Positions 1 through 9,424 of a stretch of DNA of 64,000 nt are shown here, piece by piece. Below the pieces are notes generated by a model. The model made no database searches, was not told where the DNA came from, and worked only from the letters and a program-made list of their open reading frames with translations. Each line of letters begins with the position of its first letter. Within the stretch, counting starts at the first letter, position 1. Source of the stretch: an uncultured delta proteobacterium (GTDB lineage: Bacteria > Desulfobacterota > Binatia > Binatales > Binataceae); contig CAWKOR010000002.1 of the NCBI GenBank assembly GCA_963851325.1, forward strand, positions 709,859 to 773,858, given 5' to 3'. A program made the translations under genes and the position numbers.

Positions 1-503
1 AACAGCTCCCCGGTCGAGCGCCGATCGATCAGATCCAGCACCGTGTTGCCCCACTGATGCCTGCGTTGCACGATGACCGGGCGGGGGGCCGAGGCCGCCG
101 GCATCGTGGTCGCCTCCGGCACTTCGTCGGCGATGGTCAACGGCTCGCTTACCAGGGGGCCATTATTCGCTTTCCAATCGGCGATCCCGCCGCGATAATC
201 GCGAACCATCCGGTAACCGAGTTCAAGGAGACGGCGCACGGCCTCTCCGCCCGCAGTTCAGGTGAAGCTTGCGCAGTAAACCGCGATCTCGGCAGTTCGG
301 TCGGGTAGCAGGCTGGGGGCGAGGGTCTCGACTTCGGTGACCGGAATGTTGATCGCGCGCGGAAGATGCTCTTCGTGAAATAGCGCGCCGAAGCGAGCAT
401 CGACGATGGTTAAGGACGGATCGCGCAGGCGGTTCAGGAGCTCGATGCGCGGAATCTCCTGGACGGTTTGCACGGGACTGGCAGCGGCATTCTCGGAAGC
501 CAT
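1..503 (-). CDS. Rhodanese-domain protein with in-frame UGA (probable selenocysteine, YCASFT-U); continues past the window start
   Basis: ATG at 503. The ORF track stops at TGA 260-258 after ...IAVYCASFT, but the same frame continues TAGGEAVRRLLELGYRMVRDYRGGIADWKANNGPL (canonical rhodanese C-terminal motif) and stays open to base 1. Confidence 0.88.
227..248 (-). promoter_or_regulatory. Candidate bacterial SECIS hairpin of the rhodanese gene
   Basis: mRNA GGAGA-GGC-CGUGC-GCC-G-UCUCC begins 10 nt after the UGA; GCCGU at +16..+20. Confidence 0.65.
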
Positions 504-622
504 TGAAAATACATTAGTCCCGCGCCCGATTGAGTTAAATCGCTCGTTTGATCCCTCGATTTTTCCTGGCGAGCGCCTTAAGATCCGCGCGATACTCGGA
601 GCAATCTCGGAGAATCCTTCTG

Positions 623-1006
623 ATGACCTCGCGCAAGATTCAACCAGCATCTCCTTCGCCCACGCGCTCGATTCTCGTGATCGATGACGATGTGGCCGCC
701 ACCGATTCTCTCATCGATATTCTCACCGCTGAGGGTTACGTGGTGGACGCGGCCAAAAATGGCAAGGAAGCACTCCAGCATTTGCGCGATGCGCCTCTGC
801 CCCAGCTCATCATTCTGGATTTGTTCATGCCCGAGATGGACGGATGGGAATTTCGGCGCGCGCAGTTGAAAGATGCGAAGTTGCGCGACATTCCGGTCGT
901 CGTCATGACCGGGGCGAGCGTGTACGCGGGAATCGATGCGAACGTGATCATCCACAAGCCACTGGACGTCGCGCGCTTCGTCAGCCTGGTCGAGCGCTAC
1001 TTCTAA
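623..1006 (+). CDS. Single-domain response regulator (CheY-like)
   Basis: ILVIDDD, LILDLFMPEMDG-like, VMTG and HKP receiver motifs; start at the internal ATG 623 is inferred. Confidence 0.88.
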   Translation: MTSRKIQPASPSPTRSILVIDDDVAATDSLIDILTAEGYVVDAAKNGKEALQHLRDAPLPQLIILDLFMPEMDGWEFRRAQLKDAKLRDIPVVVMTGASVYAGIDANVIIHKPLDVARFVSLVERYF

Positions 1007-2622
1007 ACCCGGTTCGGGCGTGGCTCTGCCCCGCGCCGCCGTCGCCGGATGCGCGTTTCGGCAGCGGCGATTTTTCGAGTTGGCGCAGGCACGTGGGCTG
1101 AGGGCGCCACGTTTCCATCGGCGATTTCCGGATTGCATGCATCGCTGGAAGCTTTGAGCTCCTTGACGCATTCGGGATGAATCAGGAGCTGATGGCGCGC
1201 GCGGGTGAGCGCAACGTAAATCACACACGCTTCCTCGAGGTTGCGCCGCACCACTCCAAGTTCGCGCCGGATAAAGCGATTGAAGTCCGATGCGACCAGC
1301 ACGCGGGGCCATTCCAGCCCCTTGGCCTTATGCACGGTGCTGACTGTGACCTCCGCGTTGGCTGGAGAATCGACGCATTCGCGCAGCCGATCGCACATCG
1401 AAAGAACCCGGACGCCGCGCTCCTCGATAAGCCGCACCAGAATCTGCAGCGAAGGATCGCCGTAGTCTTCTGATCGGTTTCCCTGCGCCGCGGATTTCAG
1501 TTCCTCCCAATTCGAAAAGACCGCGAGCTCGCCGCTGCCTTTTTTTCCTGAATGCAACTTCCACGCACTCTCGATGAGACGCACCAACGGCTCGGCGCCG
1601 CCCATTACATAAACCTTGCGGCCGTGCTCCAGCGCCTTGACCGCCTCGTCCAGAGCGCCCGCATTGGTTCGCGCGAGGACCGCGTCGACGTTGCGGCTAT
1701 CGTCGCTGACGGCGGCCGAGGTCTGATGCGCCGCGGGAACAATGCGATGATCTTCCTCCAGCAGCTCCAACACCCGATTCGCCCATCGAGCTGCACCGTT
1801 GCCGAAGCGGAAGGTCTGGGTGAGCGGCAGCACCGCGGTTTCCACATTCGCTTTGCCCAGCGCGTTCACGGCTCCGCGCCATTGATAGAGCTGCTGATAG
1901 CTGTCGCCTACCAGCACGCGCGGACCCGGATGGCGTTTGACCAGTCCGAGGATGACCGGATCGGCATCCTGCGCTTCGTCCAGCAGCAAAGTACGATCGT
2001 CCTCGGCGACCTGATGATCGCCAAGGTAGAACAGTTTCAGGTAGCAATCGTGACTGACCGGCGCGCTCCCTTTGGGATCGCGAATCGCCGCCCAAAGATT
2101 CGAGGTGGCATCGGCAGTCGAGCCGGCTAATCCGGTGTCACACCAGCTCGGCACGTGACTGAGGCCGATCTCGCGATCGGTGGTGCGCAGAAAATGCTCC
2201 AGCGTCTTGATGATGAGAGCGCCGGCTGCGGAACGCGTGCGACCGCCGCGCGCGACCGAGTTGAGCGCCTTGGGCATCTTCTCGCGCATAAACGGCAGCC
2301 ATGACCACGCGCGATGAGTCAGCCGCGATTCGTAGCGCCATCCGACCTTGCGAAACGCGATCGAGTGGGCGGTGCGGACCTCGACATTGGACGGCATCTT
2401 CGCGCGAGCACTGTCGGCCGCGGCGCGATTGAACACCACGTACAGAAAGCGCGTATGAGGACAAGCCTCGGCAATCGCGGCAAGCGTAGTGGTCTTGCCG
2501 GTGCCGGCGAACGCCTGGATTTTGAGCGCGAGGTTAGCGCCGCCTTGTCGAGCGACATCGCAGATCGCGCGTTGTTCGAGGGTGAGTTCCACGCGCGAAT
2601 CAGTAAAGCCCGACCGAGGCAT
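1003..2622 (-). CDS. UvrD-like superfamily 1 DNA helicase / 3'-5' exonuclease family
   Basis: AFAGTGKT (Walker A), LLDEAQD, VGDSYQQLYQWRG, STVHKAKGLEW, YVALTRAR. Confidence 0.9.
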   Translation of the reverse strand: MPRSGFTDSRVELTLEQRAICDVARQGGANLALKIQAFAGTGKTTTLAAIAEACPHTRFLYVVFNRAAADSARAKMPSNVEVRTAHSIAFRKVGWRYESRLTHRAWSWLPFMREKMPKALNSVARGGRTRSAAGALIIKTLEHFLRTTDREIGLSHVPSWCDTGLAGSTADATSNLWAAIRDPKGSAPVSHDCYLKLFYLGDHQVAEDDRTLLLDEAQDADPVILGLVKRHPGPRVLVGDSYQQLYQWRGAVNALGKANVETAVLPLTQTFRFGNGAARWANRVLELLEEDHRIVPAAHQTSAAVSDDSRNVDAVLARTNAGALDEAVKALEHGRKVYVMGGAEPLVRLIESAWKLHSGKKGSGELAVFSNWEELKSAAQGNRSEDYGDPSLQILVRLIEERGVRVLSMCDRLRECVDSPANAEVTVSTVHKAKGLEWPRVLVASDFNRFIRRELGVVRRNLEEACVIYVALTRARHQLLIHPECVKELKASSDACNPEIADGNVAPSAHVPAPTRKIAAAETRIRRRRRGAEPRPNRV

Positions 2623-2817
2623 AGATGATAGAGGGGCGCCTTATCGCGAGGTGTCCTGTTTCGGGTCGTCCCGTCGAAAGATCGAGTCTAGTGACACATT
2701 GTGATTTTCCGATGACACGTGATCATTCGAGACCTGCGTCGGAGACGGCGAAAACGGCGGCATCGCTCTTGCGTTTACCAGTCATACGGAAGGCCACGCG
2801 ACACTTCCGATTTGCCA

Positions 2818-5583
2818 ATGCCTCAAGCCATCGAAACTCCTGAACTCGATCGCGCGACTGCGGATACGAAGCCGCGACCGTGGCTGAACGCGACCCTGGC
2901 GGATGCCTTTATATACTGGTCGGATGACGCTTCCGGCCTGCCCAAGCTGCGCCGCCTGCTATCGATTGCCCTATGCGTGATCCTGGCGTTTGCAACCGCC
3001 TGCCTCTTCAACGCGACCTGGTACGAAAGGATGGAGCTGGCCCCGCTCCCGCTGCGGCTCTTCAATATTGCGTTTACGCTCGCGGCGCTGGTAACGATAC
3101 CTCGCGTATCGCTACGCCACTGGCGAGGGTGGACGATGGCATTTTGTCTGGTCCTCGTAGCGAGCTCTTTTCTGAGCGCGCTGGCGGTGGGCGATGAAGA
3201 GCCGCTGTTTGTGACGCTGTTTGTTCTGGCTTCTGTGACCGCCTTGATTTTGCCGTGGAGTGGCCGCTGGCAAGCCTGCTTCGCAGTCGCGATGGTGATG
3301 GCCACTATCGCAGCTTGGGGGGTCGGCATTGTTCCTAAAAGCTATACGACTCACTGGCTGATCCTGACCAGGGCAACCATCCTCAGCGTGATTGTCGCAT
3401 ACCTGAAAGACTACGCGCGTCGGCAGAGACTTCTGATCGAGGAGTTGCAGGAGCGGGACGCCAGTTTTCGAGTTGAGTCTGAGCAGCGCAGCCGCGCCGA
3501 GGAACGTTTGCGGATCGAGGTCACCGAGCGCCAGGCCGCAGAGCATCTAGTGCAACGACGCGAGGCAATATTGCGCAAGGTGCTGGAGACCAGCCTCGAC
3601 GTGATCATCATCAGCCGACTTCCGGATTTGACCTACATCTATGCAAACGATCAGTTCGGCGCGAGCGGCTATACCTTTGCGGAGGCGAAAGGCCGCACAC
3701 CCGCGGACTTGAACATTTTCGTCGACCCCGCGAAGACCCAGGAAATGGTTGCGGCCGTCATCAGAGACGGTCACTTGCAGGATTTCGAACTCGATATTCG
3801 ATGCAAATCCGGCAAAATCGTTCCCTACCTGGTGTCGGCGGTGCTGATGGAGCTTGACGGCGATCAGTGCATGGTCTCGATGTCGCGCAACATCACCCAG
3901 AGCAAGAAGCTGGAGCGCGAGCTGGTTGCCACGCGCGAGGAAGCCCTGGCCGCATCGCGCGCCAAGTCGGAATTCCTCTCCAGCATGTCGCATGAGATCC
4001 GCACCCCGATGAACGCGGTGCTGGGAATGGCGGATTTGTTGCTCGACACCAAGCTTACCGCGGAACAGCAGCGCTACATCGAGGTGATGGTCGCCAACGG
4101 CAATTCGCTGCTCGAGTTGATCAACAGCATTCTGGATCTGGCGCGCATCGAAAGCGGCCGGATGCTTATCGAGAAAACCGAATTCGATCTCACCGACCTG
4201 ATCGACAAAACCATTTCGACCTTCGGGGTGCAGGCGCATAGCAAGGGCCTCGAGCTGATCGCACGCATCGCTCCAGGAGTGCCCGCGCATCTGATCGGGG
4301 ATCCGCTGCGATTGCGACAGATCCTGATCAATTTTCTCGGCAATGCGATCAAGTTCACCGAACAGGGCGAGGTGATCCTCGATATCGATCGGGTCGATGA
4401 TTCGCAGGAACCCGCGGATTTGCGCTTCACCGTCTCGGATACCGGCGTCGGCATCTCGCCGGCCAAGCTCGAAACGATTTTTTCATCTTTCACACAAGCC
4501 GATTCCTCGACCACCCGAAAGTACGGCGGCACCGGGCTCGGGCTCGCAATCGCGCAACGGCTGGTAGCGCTGATGGGCGGGACCATTTCGGTCGCGAGCG
4601 AACTCGACAAAGGCACCAAGTTTTCGTTCGTCGCGCGCTTCGGACTCGCGACCCGGGTGATTTCGCCGACTGCTCACGTGGTCCTCAACCTCGACCATTA
4701 CCGAGTGCTGGTGGTGGACGATAACCATATCAATCGTCTCATCGCCCGCGAGATGATTTCCAACTGCGGCGCTGAAGTCAGCGAAGCGGCATCCGGCGAA
4801 GAAGCGCTGGCCGCAATTCATCAAGCCTCCGACCAGGGCAAACCCTACAAGATAATTCTGCTCGACATGCGGATGCCGGGCATGAATGGCCTCGAGGTGG
4901 CACAGAAAATCCGCCAGCAACATCTCCCGACCGAGCCGCTGATCCTGATGCTCTCCTCTGACGATTTGCAGCCGCAGCTCGCGCGCCTGAAGGAACTCGG
5001 CCTCGACGCATACCTGGTTAAGCCGATCACGCGCAGAGAACTCTTCGACGCGATCGCGCGGGTTATCCAGGATGCGAATCACAACAGCCTCGATGCGCTG
5101 CCCGACCGCGGCGCCGAGGATGCTCTCCGCACATCCGCAGGCGAAAAGCTGAAAATCAGGATTCTGGTGGCGGACGATTCGGCGGACAATCGGTTGCTGA
5201 TCGGCGCCTACCTCCGTCGCGAACCCTGCGAGTTGGACTTTGCGGAGAATGGCAGGCTCGCGTTCGAGAAGTTCAAGTCCAATCAATACGACATGGTCTT
5301 CATGGACGTACAGATGCCTGAGATCGATGGGCTTACCGCGACCCGGATGATTCGCCAGTGGGAGACGGAGAACCACCGGATCGGGACGCCGATCATTGCC
5401 CTCACCGCATCGGCGCTCGAGGAAGACGTTCGGCGCGCCATCGCGGCGGGATGCGATCGCCATCTCAGCAAGCCGATCAAGAAAACCGTCCTGCTGAGCA
5501 CTATCCAGAGTGTCAGCCTGATGTCCTCCAAGCCGGCCGCGCAATCGCGCGAGGACGCGAGCCCCGGCGCCTTCACGAGCTGA
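2818..5583 (+). CDS. Membrane hybrid sensor histidine kinase (TM region, PAS, HisKA, HATPase, two receivers)
   Basis: SHEIRTPMN H-box, GNAIKFT, GGTGLGL, two REC domains; start at MPQAIE is inferred. Confidence 0.93.
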   Translation: MPQAIETPELDRATADTKPRPWLNATLADAFIYWSDDASGLPKLRRLLSIALCVILAFATACLFNATWYERMELAPLPLRLFNIAFTLAALVTIPRVSLRHWRGWTMAFCLVLVASSFLSALAVGDEEPLFVTLFVLASVTALILPWSGRWQACFAVAMVMATIAAWGVGIVPKSYTTHWLILTRATILSVIVAYLKDYARRQRLLIEELQERDASFRVESEQRSRAEERLRIEVTERQAAEHLVQRREAILRKVLETSLDVIIISRLPDLTYIYANDQFGASGYTFAEAKGRTPADLNIFVDPAKTQEMVAAVIRDGHLQDFELDIRCKSGKIVPYLVSAVLMELDGDQCMVSMSRNITQSKKLERELVATREEALAASRAKSEFLSSMSHEIRTPMNAVLGMADLLLDTKLTAEQQRYIEVMVANGNSLLELINSILDLARIESGRMLIEKTEFDLTDLIDKTISTFGVQAHSKGLELIARIAPGVPAHLIGDPLRLRQILINFLGNAIKFTEQGEVILDIDRVDDSQEPADLRFTVSDTGVGISPAKLETIFSSFTQADSSTTRKYGGTGLGLAIAQRLVALMGGTISVASELDKGTKFSFVARFGLATRVISPTAHVVLNLDHYRVLVVDDNHINRLIAREMISNCGAEVSEAASGEEALAAIHQASDQGKPYKIILLDMRMPGMNGLEVAQKIRQQHLPTEPLILMLSSDDLQPQLARLKELGLDAYLVKPITRRELFDAIARVIQDANHNSLDALPDRGAEDALRTSAGEKLKIRILVADDSADNRLLIGAYLRREPCELDFAENGRLAFEKFKSNQYDMVFMDVQMPEIDGLTATRMIRQWETENHRIGTPIIALTASALEEDVRRAIAAGCDRHLSKPIKKTVLLSTIQSVSLMSSKPAAQSREDASPGAFTS

Positions 5584-5595
5584 GACGCCTCGCGC

Positions 5596-6063
5596 CTAAT
5601 AAATCATCGTTATCGAGATCGGCTGATCGCCGCCCTTGTAGTCGAATGCGCATTCGGCGAAGTTCGGCGCCATGATGGTCGGCTTCACGTTGTTGGAAAA
5701 GCAGTAGCCTTCCTCGGGCATCCCGAACACGCTCTCGTCGAACTTCCCGTTGCTGTTCTCGTCGTGATAGCAGACCAGCGCATACTTGCCTGGTGGAACG
5801 CCGGTGAAATCGATCTCCGCGTATGCATTCTTGATCGATGGAGCCTCGCCATCCTTGAACGCCTTCTTCCCTTCCTTAGGAAACGCCGCGGGGTCGCTAT
5901 CGTTGAAGAGTGTGCAATGCGCCTTGCCATTGTTGTTGCGAAATCCATCGAGATGGACGCGTAGAACGTCCTGCTGATGTGCGGCATCCTGCGCGCATAC
6001 CGGGGTCGCGATGGCCATCGCGACCGCGAACAGAATCGTGAGCAATTTTACCTGCCGTATCAT
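5596..6063 (-). CDS. DUF2141 family secreted protein
   Basis: Signal peptide; PGKYALVCYHDENSNGKFD..FGMPEEGYCFSNN motif. Confidence 0.85.
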   Translation of the reverse strand: MIRQVKLLTILFAVAMAIATPVCAQDAAHQQDVLRVHLDGFRNNNGKAHCTLFNDSDPAAFPKEGKKAFKDGEAPSIKNAYAEIDFTGVPPGKYALVCYHDENSNGKFDESVFGMPEEGYCFSNNVKPTIMAPNFAECAFDYKGGDQPISITMIY

Positions 6064-6087
6064 GATGAGATGGTTCGCCTTTCGAGC

Positions 6088-6119
6088 AAAAAAACAGGAG
6101 GGACCCTTCGGCCCCTCCT
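6088..6119 (-). terminator. Rho-independent terminator after the alcohol dehydrogenase
   Basis: Minus strand AGGAGGGGCC-GAAG-GGTCCCTCCT followed by G and a T7 run. Confidence 0.8.
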
Positions 6120-6150
6120 TAGTAAGGTTAGCCGCATCGAAGCGGCGCGC

Positions 6151-7209
6151 CTAGTTGTTGTAATTGTTGATGACCGTCACGCCGACATTCTGGAAGGTAT
6201 TCATTTCCTCGAACACCTTGTTGATGCCCGACAGGTTGCAGGTCCCGGTCACCATCTTCTTGGGCGAGATCTTACCCGCCTCCAGCATCTGCAGCATCGC
6301 CGGATAATGCGACGCCTGCATCCCCAACGATGCGATGACCTGCAGCTCCATCGTCACCATGCGATCGATCGGCAATGAAATCTCGCCGCCTTCGGCAGCC
6401 GTGGTCAGCCCGATCTGCAGATGACGTCCCTGCTTGCGCAAGCTCATAATCGCGTTGCGGCAAGTGGCCGCGATGCCGAGCGCGTCGACCGCCACATGCG
6501 CGCCGCCCTTGGTGAGCTCCACCACTGCCGCAACCGCGTCAGTTTTCTTGCCGTTGATGACGTGATTCGCGCCCATCCCCTTGGCGAGTTCCAGCTTGGC
6601 CGAATCGAGATCGATGCCGATGACGTTGGCGCCGACCGCCGCCGCGACGTTGATCGCGGACAAACCGATGCCGCCGCATCCGTACACCGCGACCCATTCG
6701 CCCGGCTTCACCTGGGCGCGATCGACGATGCCGTGAAACGAGGTCATGAAGCGACATCCCATCGAGGCGGCCTCGACGAAGTCGACGCTCTTGGGCAGCG
6801 CCACCAGGTTCAAATCGGCAAACGGAACCGGCACCATCCGTCCGAAGCCACCCGGATACGAGAAGCCCGGGGTCAGCGGCGTCACGCATACGTTGGACTG
6901 GCCGTTGCGACAGTACTCGCAAGTGCCATCGCCCTGGCTGAACGGAACCACCACCCGATCGCCTTTCTTGAAGCCCTTGATGTCTTTGCCGACTTCTTCG
7001 ACGACGCCGCAAAATTCGTGACCGAGAATTGCACCGGGTTGCGCGACCAGTCCCATCCAGTGCCAGTCGCCCGACCATGCGTGCCAATCGGAGCGGCAGA
7101 CACCGTTGGCCTCGACCCTGATCAGCGCGCCATTGGGAGCGCACTCCGGATCGGGCACATCCTGCACCACCAGCGGTTTCTTGGTTCCCTGAAAAACTGC
7201 TGCTTTCAT
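6151..7209 (-). CDS. Zn-dependent alcohol dehydrogenase (MDR family)
   Basis: GVCRSD, GHEFCG, structural Zn CEYC..C, YGCGGIG. Confidence 0.93.
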   Translation of the reverse strand: MKAAVFQGTKKPLVVQDVPDPECAPNGALIRVEANGVCRSDWHAWSGDWHWMGLVAQPGAILGHEFCGVVEEVGKDIKGFKKGDRVVVPFSQGDGTCEYCRNGQSNVCVTPLTPGFSYPGGFGRMVPVPFADLNLVALPKSVDFVEAASMGCRFMTSFHGIVDRAQVKPGEWVAVYGCGGIGLSAINVAAAVGANVIGIDLDSAKLELAKGMGANHVINGKKTDAVAAVVELTKGGAHVAVDALGIAATCRNAIMSLRKQGRHLQIGLTTAAEGGEISLPIDRMVTMELQVIASLGMQASHYPAMLQMLEAGKISPKKMVTGTCNLSGINKVFEEMNTFQNVGVTVINNYNN

Positions 7210-7242
7210 TCGACCGACCTCCTGTGAAACCTTGAAGCGATC

Positions 7243-8241
7243 CTAACTCATCAATGTCTGCACCGTCTTGGCGAACTCGGCTGGATCCCTGGCGTCGATC
7301 TCGACCGCGTGCAAATCGGCGCCCGCTTTCTCATGCTCGATGATCCGCTCGCGCGCGCCATTGACGTCGCCCACGTAGCCGAGCTGCGACAGCATCTTCT
7401 CCGATACTGCCTCGGTCCCGGCCTTCGATCCGCCGCTGTCCCATGCCTGCTTGATGGTGCGGACTTCGTCTCCGAAGCCGAAGCGCGTGAGCTGCTCGGA
7501 ATAGAAGGTGCCCATCCGCGCCGCGTAAAACGCGATGGTGCCGGCCTGCCCCGCCTTGGCACGATCGACATTCTTCGTGATAACGACGCCGCCCGGCGCC
7601 TTGACCTCGACCGACTGGGGATCGCGTCCGGCGGCTTTTGCGATGGCGTGGAATTCCGAAATCGCTTTGCCGAGCCCCGATACGGGAATCATCACCGGCA
7701 GCCATCCGTCGGCTTTCTGCGCGGTGAACTCGACGCTCTTCTGATTGAGCGACGCGATGAAAATCGGGATGTGCTTGCGGACCGGCTCGAAGCGCATCGT
7801 GAATCCGCGCCCCAGCTTGAACAGCTTGCCGTTATAGTTCAGCGGCGTGCCGGCCATGATCATATTGATGATGTCGACATACTCTTTCATGCGCGTGAGT
7901 GGCGGATTGAACTTCACGCCGTGGAAATGCTCGATGACCTGCGGGCCGCTGGTGCCGAGCCCGATGATCATGCGGCCGTTGGAGAGTTCGTCGAGGGTGC
8001 CGAAGTGCTGCGCGAGCGCGGCCGGCGTACGCGAATAGATGTTCACGATCGAGGTGCCCAGCTTGATCCGCTTCGTGTGCTCTGCCAGCAGCGCCAGTAG
8101 CGTGAAAGCATCGTGGCCCCACGCCTCGGCCACCCACATCGAATCGATACCCGCATCGTCGGCGATCTTCACGCGATCGATCAGCGCCTTGAAGTCGAGC
8201 TTCCCCTGCCAGTTCAGTCCCATGGTCAATTTTCTAGCCAT
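7243..8241 (-). CDS. LLM class flavin-dependent (possibly F420-dependent) oxidoreductase
   Basis: WVAEAWGHDA, LGTSIVNIYSRTPA, GRMIIGLGTSGPQVIE; RBS AAGAGGAGA upstream. Confidence 0.9.
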   Translation of the reverse strand: MARKLTMGLNWQGKLDFKALIDRVKIADDAGIDSMWVAEAWGHDAFTLLALLAEHTKRIKLGTSIVNIYSRTPAALAQHFGTLDELSNGRMIIGLGTSGPQVIEHFHGVKFNPPLTRMKEYVDIINMIMAGTPLNYNGKLFKLGRGFTMRFEPVRKHIPIFIASLNQKSVEFTAQKADGWLPVMIPVSGLGKAISEFHAIAKAAGRDPQSVEVKAPGGVVITKNVDRAKAGQAGTIAFYAARMGTFYSEQLTRFGFGDEVRTIKQAWDSGGSKAGTEAVSEKMLSQLGYVGDVNGARERIIEHEKAGADLHAVEIDARDPAEFAKTVQTLMS

Positions 8242-8262
8242 CAAAATGTTCTCCTCTTAAAT

Positions 8263-8578
8263 ATTCCCTCGGGCTCCGCTTCGCTTCTACAAGAGTTGTC
8301 TGCCCTTCCTTATTCCCTCTCCCTTCAGGGAGAGGGTGGCGCTACTGCGCCGGGTGAGGTCGGGAGCGCCACTCAAATTTCGATTCGGCCCTCAGACAGC
8401 CCGAATGGGCCTTCGCGGGCGCGGCGCTTCGCGCCCCCTTCGGGCCTCATTTTCAAAATCGTTTCTGCGCTTAAAGATTCCCTCGGGCTCCGCTTCGCTC
8501 CTACAGGAGTTGTCTGCCCTTCCTTATTCCCTCTCCCTTCAGGGAGAGGGTGGCGCTACTGCGCCGGGTGAGGTCGGG
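8263..8578. repeat. Two near-identical 102-bp intergenic repeats (8263-8364, 8477-8578) containing REP-like palindromes
   Basis: The copies differ at 2 positions; each carries CCCTCTCCC-TTCA-GGGAGAGGG and GCCGGGTGAGG; the spacer has further GC hairpins. Confidence 0.9.
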
Positions 8579-8603
8579 CTTCATTTTGGAAACCGCGTGG
8601 CGC

Positions 8604-9242
8604 TCAAGCGATCGCGCGCACCCGCTCGTACCATCGCATGAGATTGGGAAACTCCGCCACCTTCGCGAAGTTGCCCGGATTGAGCGACAGGAAGAAAAAC
8701 GGATGGTACAGCGACGCATCGGCCATCGTGAAGTCCTTGCCCAGGAAGAAATCCTGGTTGGCGACCTGCTTATCGATCATCGCGCAATGCAGTTTGAGCG
8801 CGTCCAGATGAGTCGCGGATTGAGCGCGCATCTGAGCGGTGGTCATCCCGATCAGCTTCTCGCGATTGGCCTTGAGCTTCGGGTCACCCGCTCCATCCAG
8901 CAGGTCGGGAATCACCAGAAACAGGATCGAGGGAAACAGCGTGTTGTCGGCCCATTCATCGACGATGTCGCAGAGCCCGCGCGCATCGGCCGGAATCACC
9001 GGACGCTCCGGCACCCGCTTATCGATCCATCGGATGATGTCGGCGGAATTCCATACCACCTCGCCATCCCATTCGATGACCGGCACGCGAGTCCATTGTC
9101 CCTTGGTCAGCGCGAGCAGGTTGGTTTTGTCCTCGAAGTGGCAATCGATCGGGTTCCATTTGATCTTCTTGTAGGTGAGGACCCTTCGCAGTTTTTCAGT
9201 GAATGGTGAGATTGGATATTGATAAAGGTTGAGCGTTCCCAT
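8604..9242 (-). CDS. Glutathione S-transferase family protein
   Basis: YPISPFTEKLR, RVPVI, NSADI and FTMAD motifs. Confidence 0.88.
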   Translation of the reverse strand: MGTLNLYQYPISPFTEKLRRVLTYKKIKWNPIDCHFEDKTNLLALTKGQWTRVPVIEWDGEVVWNSADIIRWIDKRVPERPVIPADARGLCDIVDEWADNTLFPSILFLVIPDLLDGAGDPKLKANREKLIGMTTAQMRAQSATHLDALKLHCAMIDKQVANQDFFLGKDFTMADASLYHPFFFLSLNPGNFAKVAEFPNLMRWYERVRAIA

Positions 9243-9424
9243 GAGCCTCCTGATTGATGCGATGCATCCGAGGTTCGCACATCAGCCCAGCGGGTTGAAG
9301 TGCTGTTTGTTCCTACTCCGCCTGCATCTCGCCGTATGATCGTGGGAGATGGACCGACGCGCCAGATTGCCTCGTGACCGGCCGAGAGAGGGACCTCAGC
9401 TCTGGATTCGGTGTCTGATGCTCT

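Noticed and set aside
258-260. Genome-wide UGA reassignment (Trp or Gly) as the cause of the in-frame TGAs
   Set aside because: Many genes end at TGA where their families end or overlap the next start (ATGA), TGG is used for Trp, and both read-through TGAs sit at Cys-type positions.
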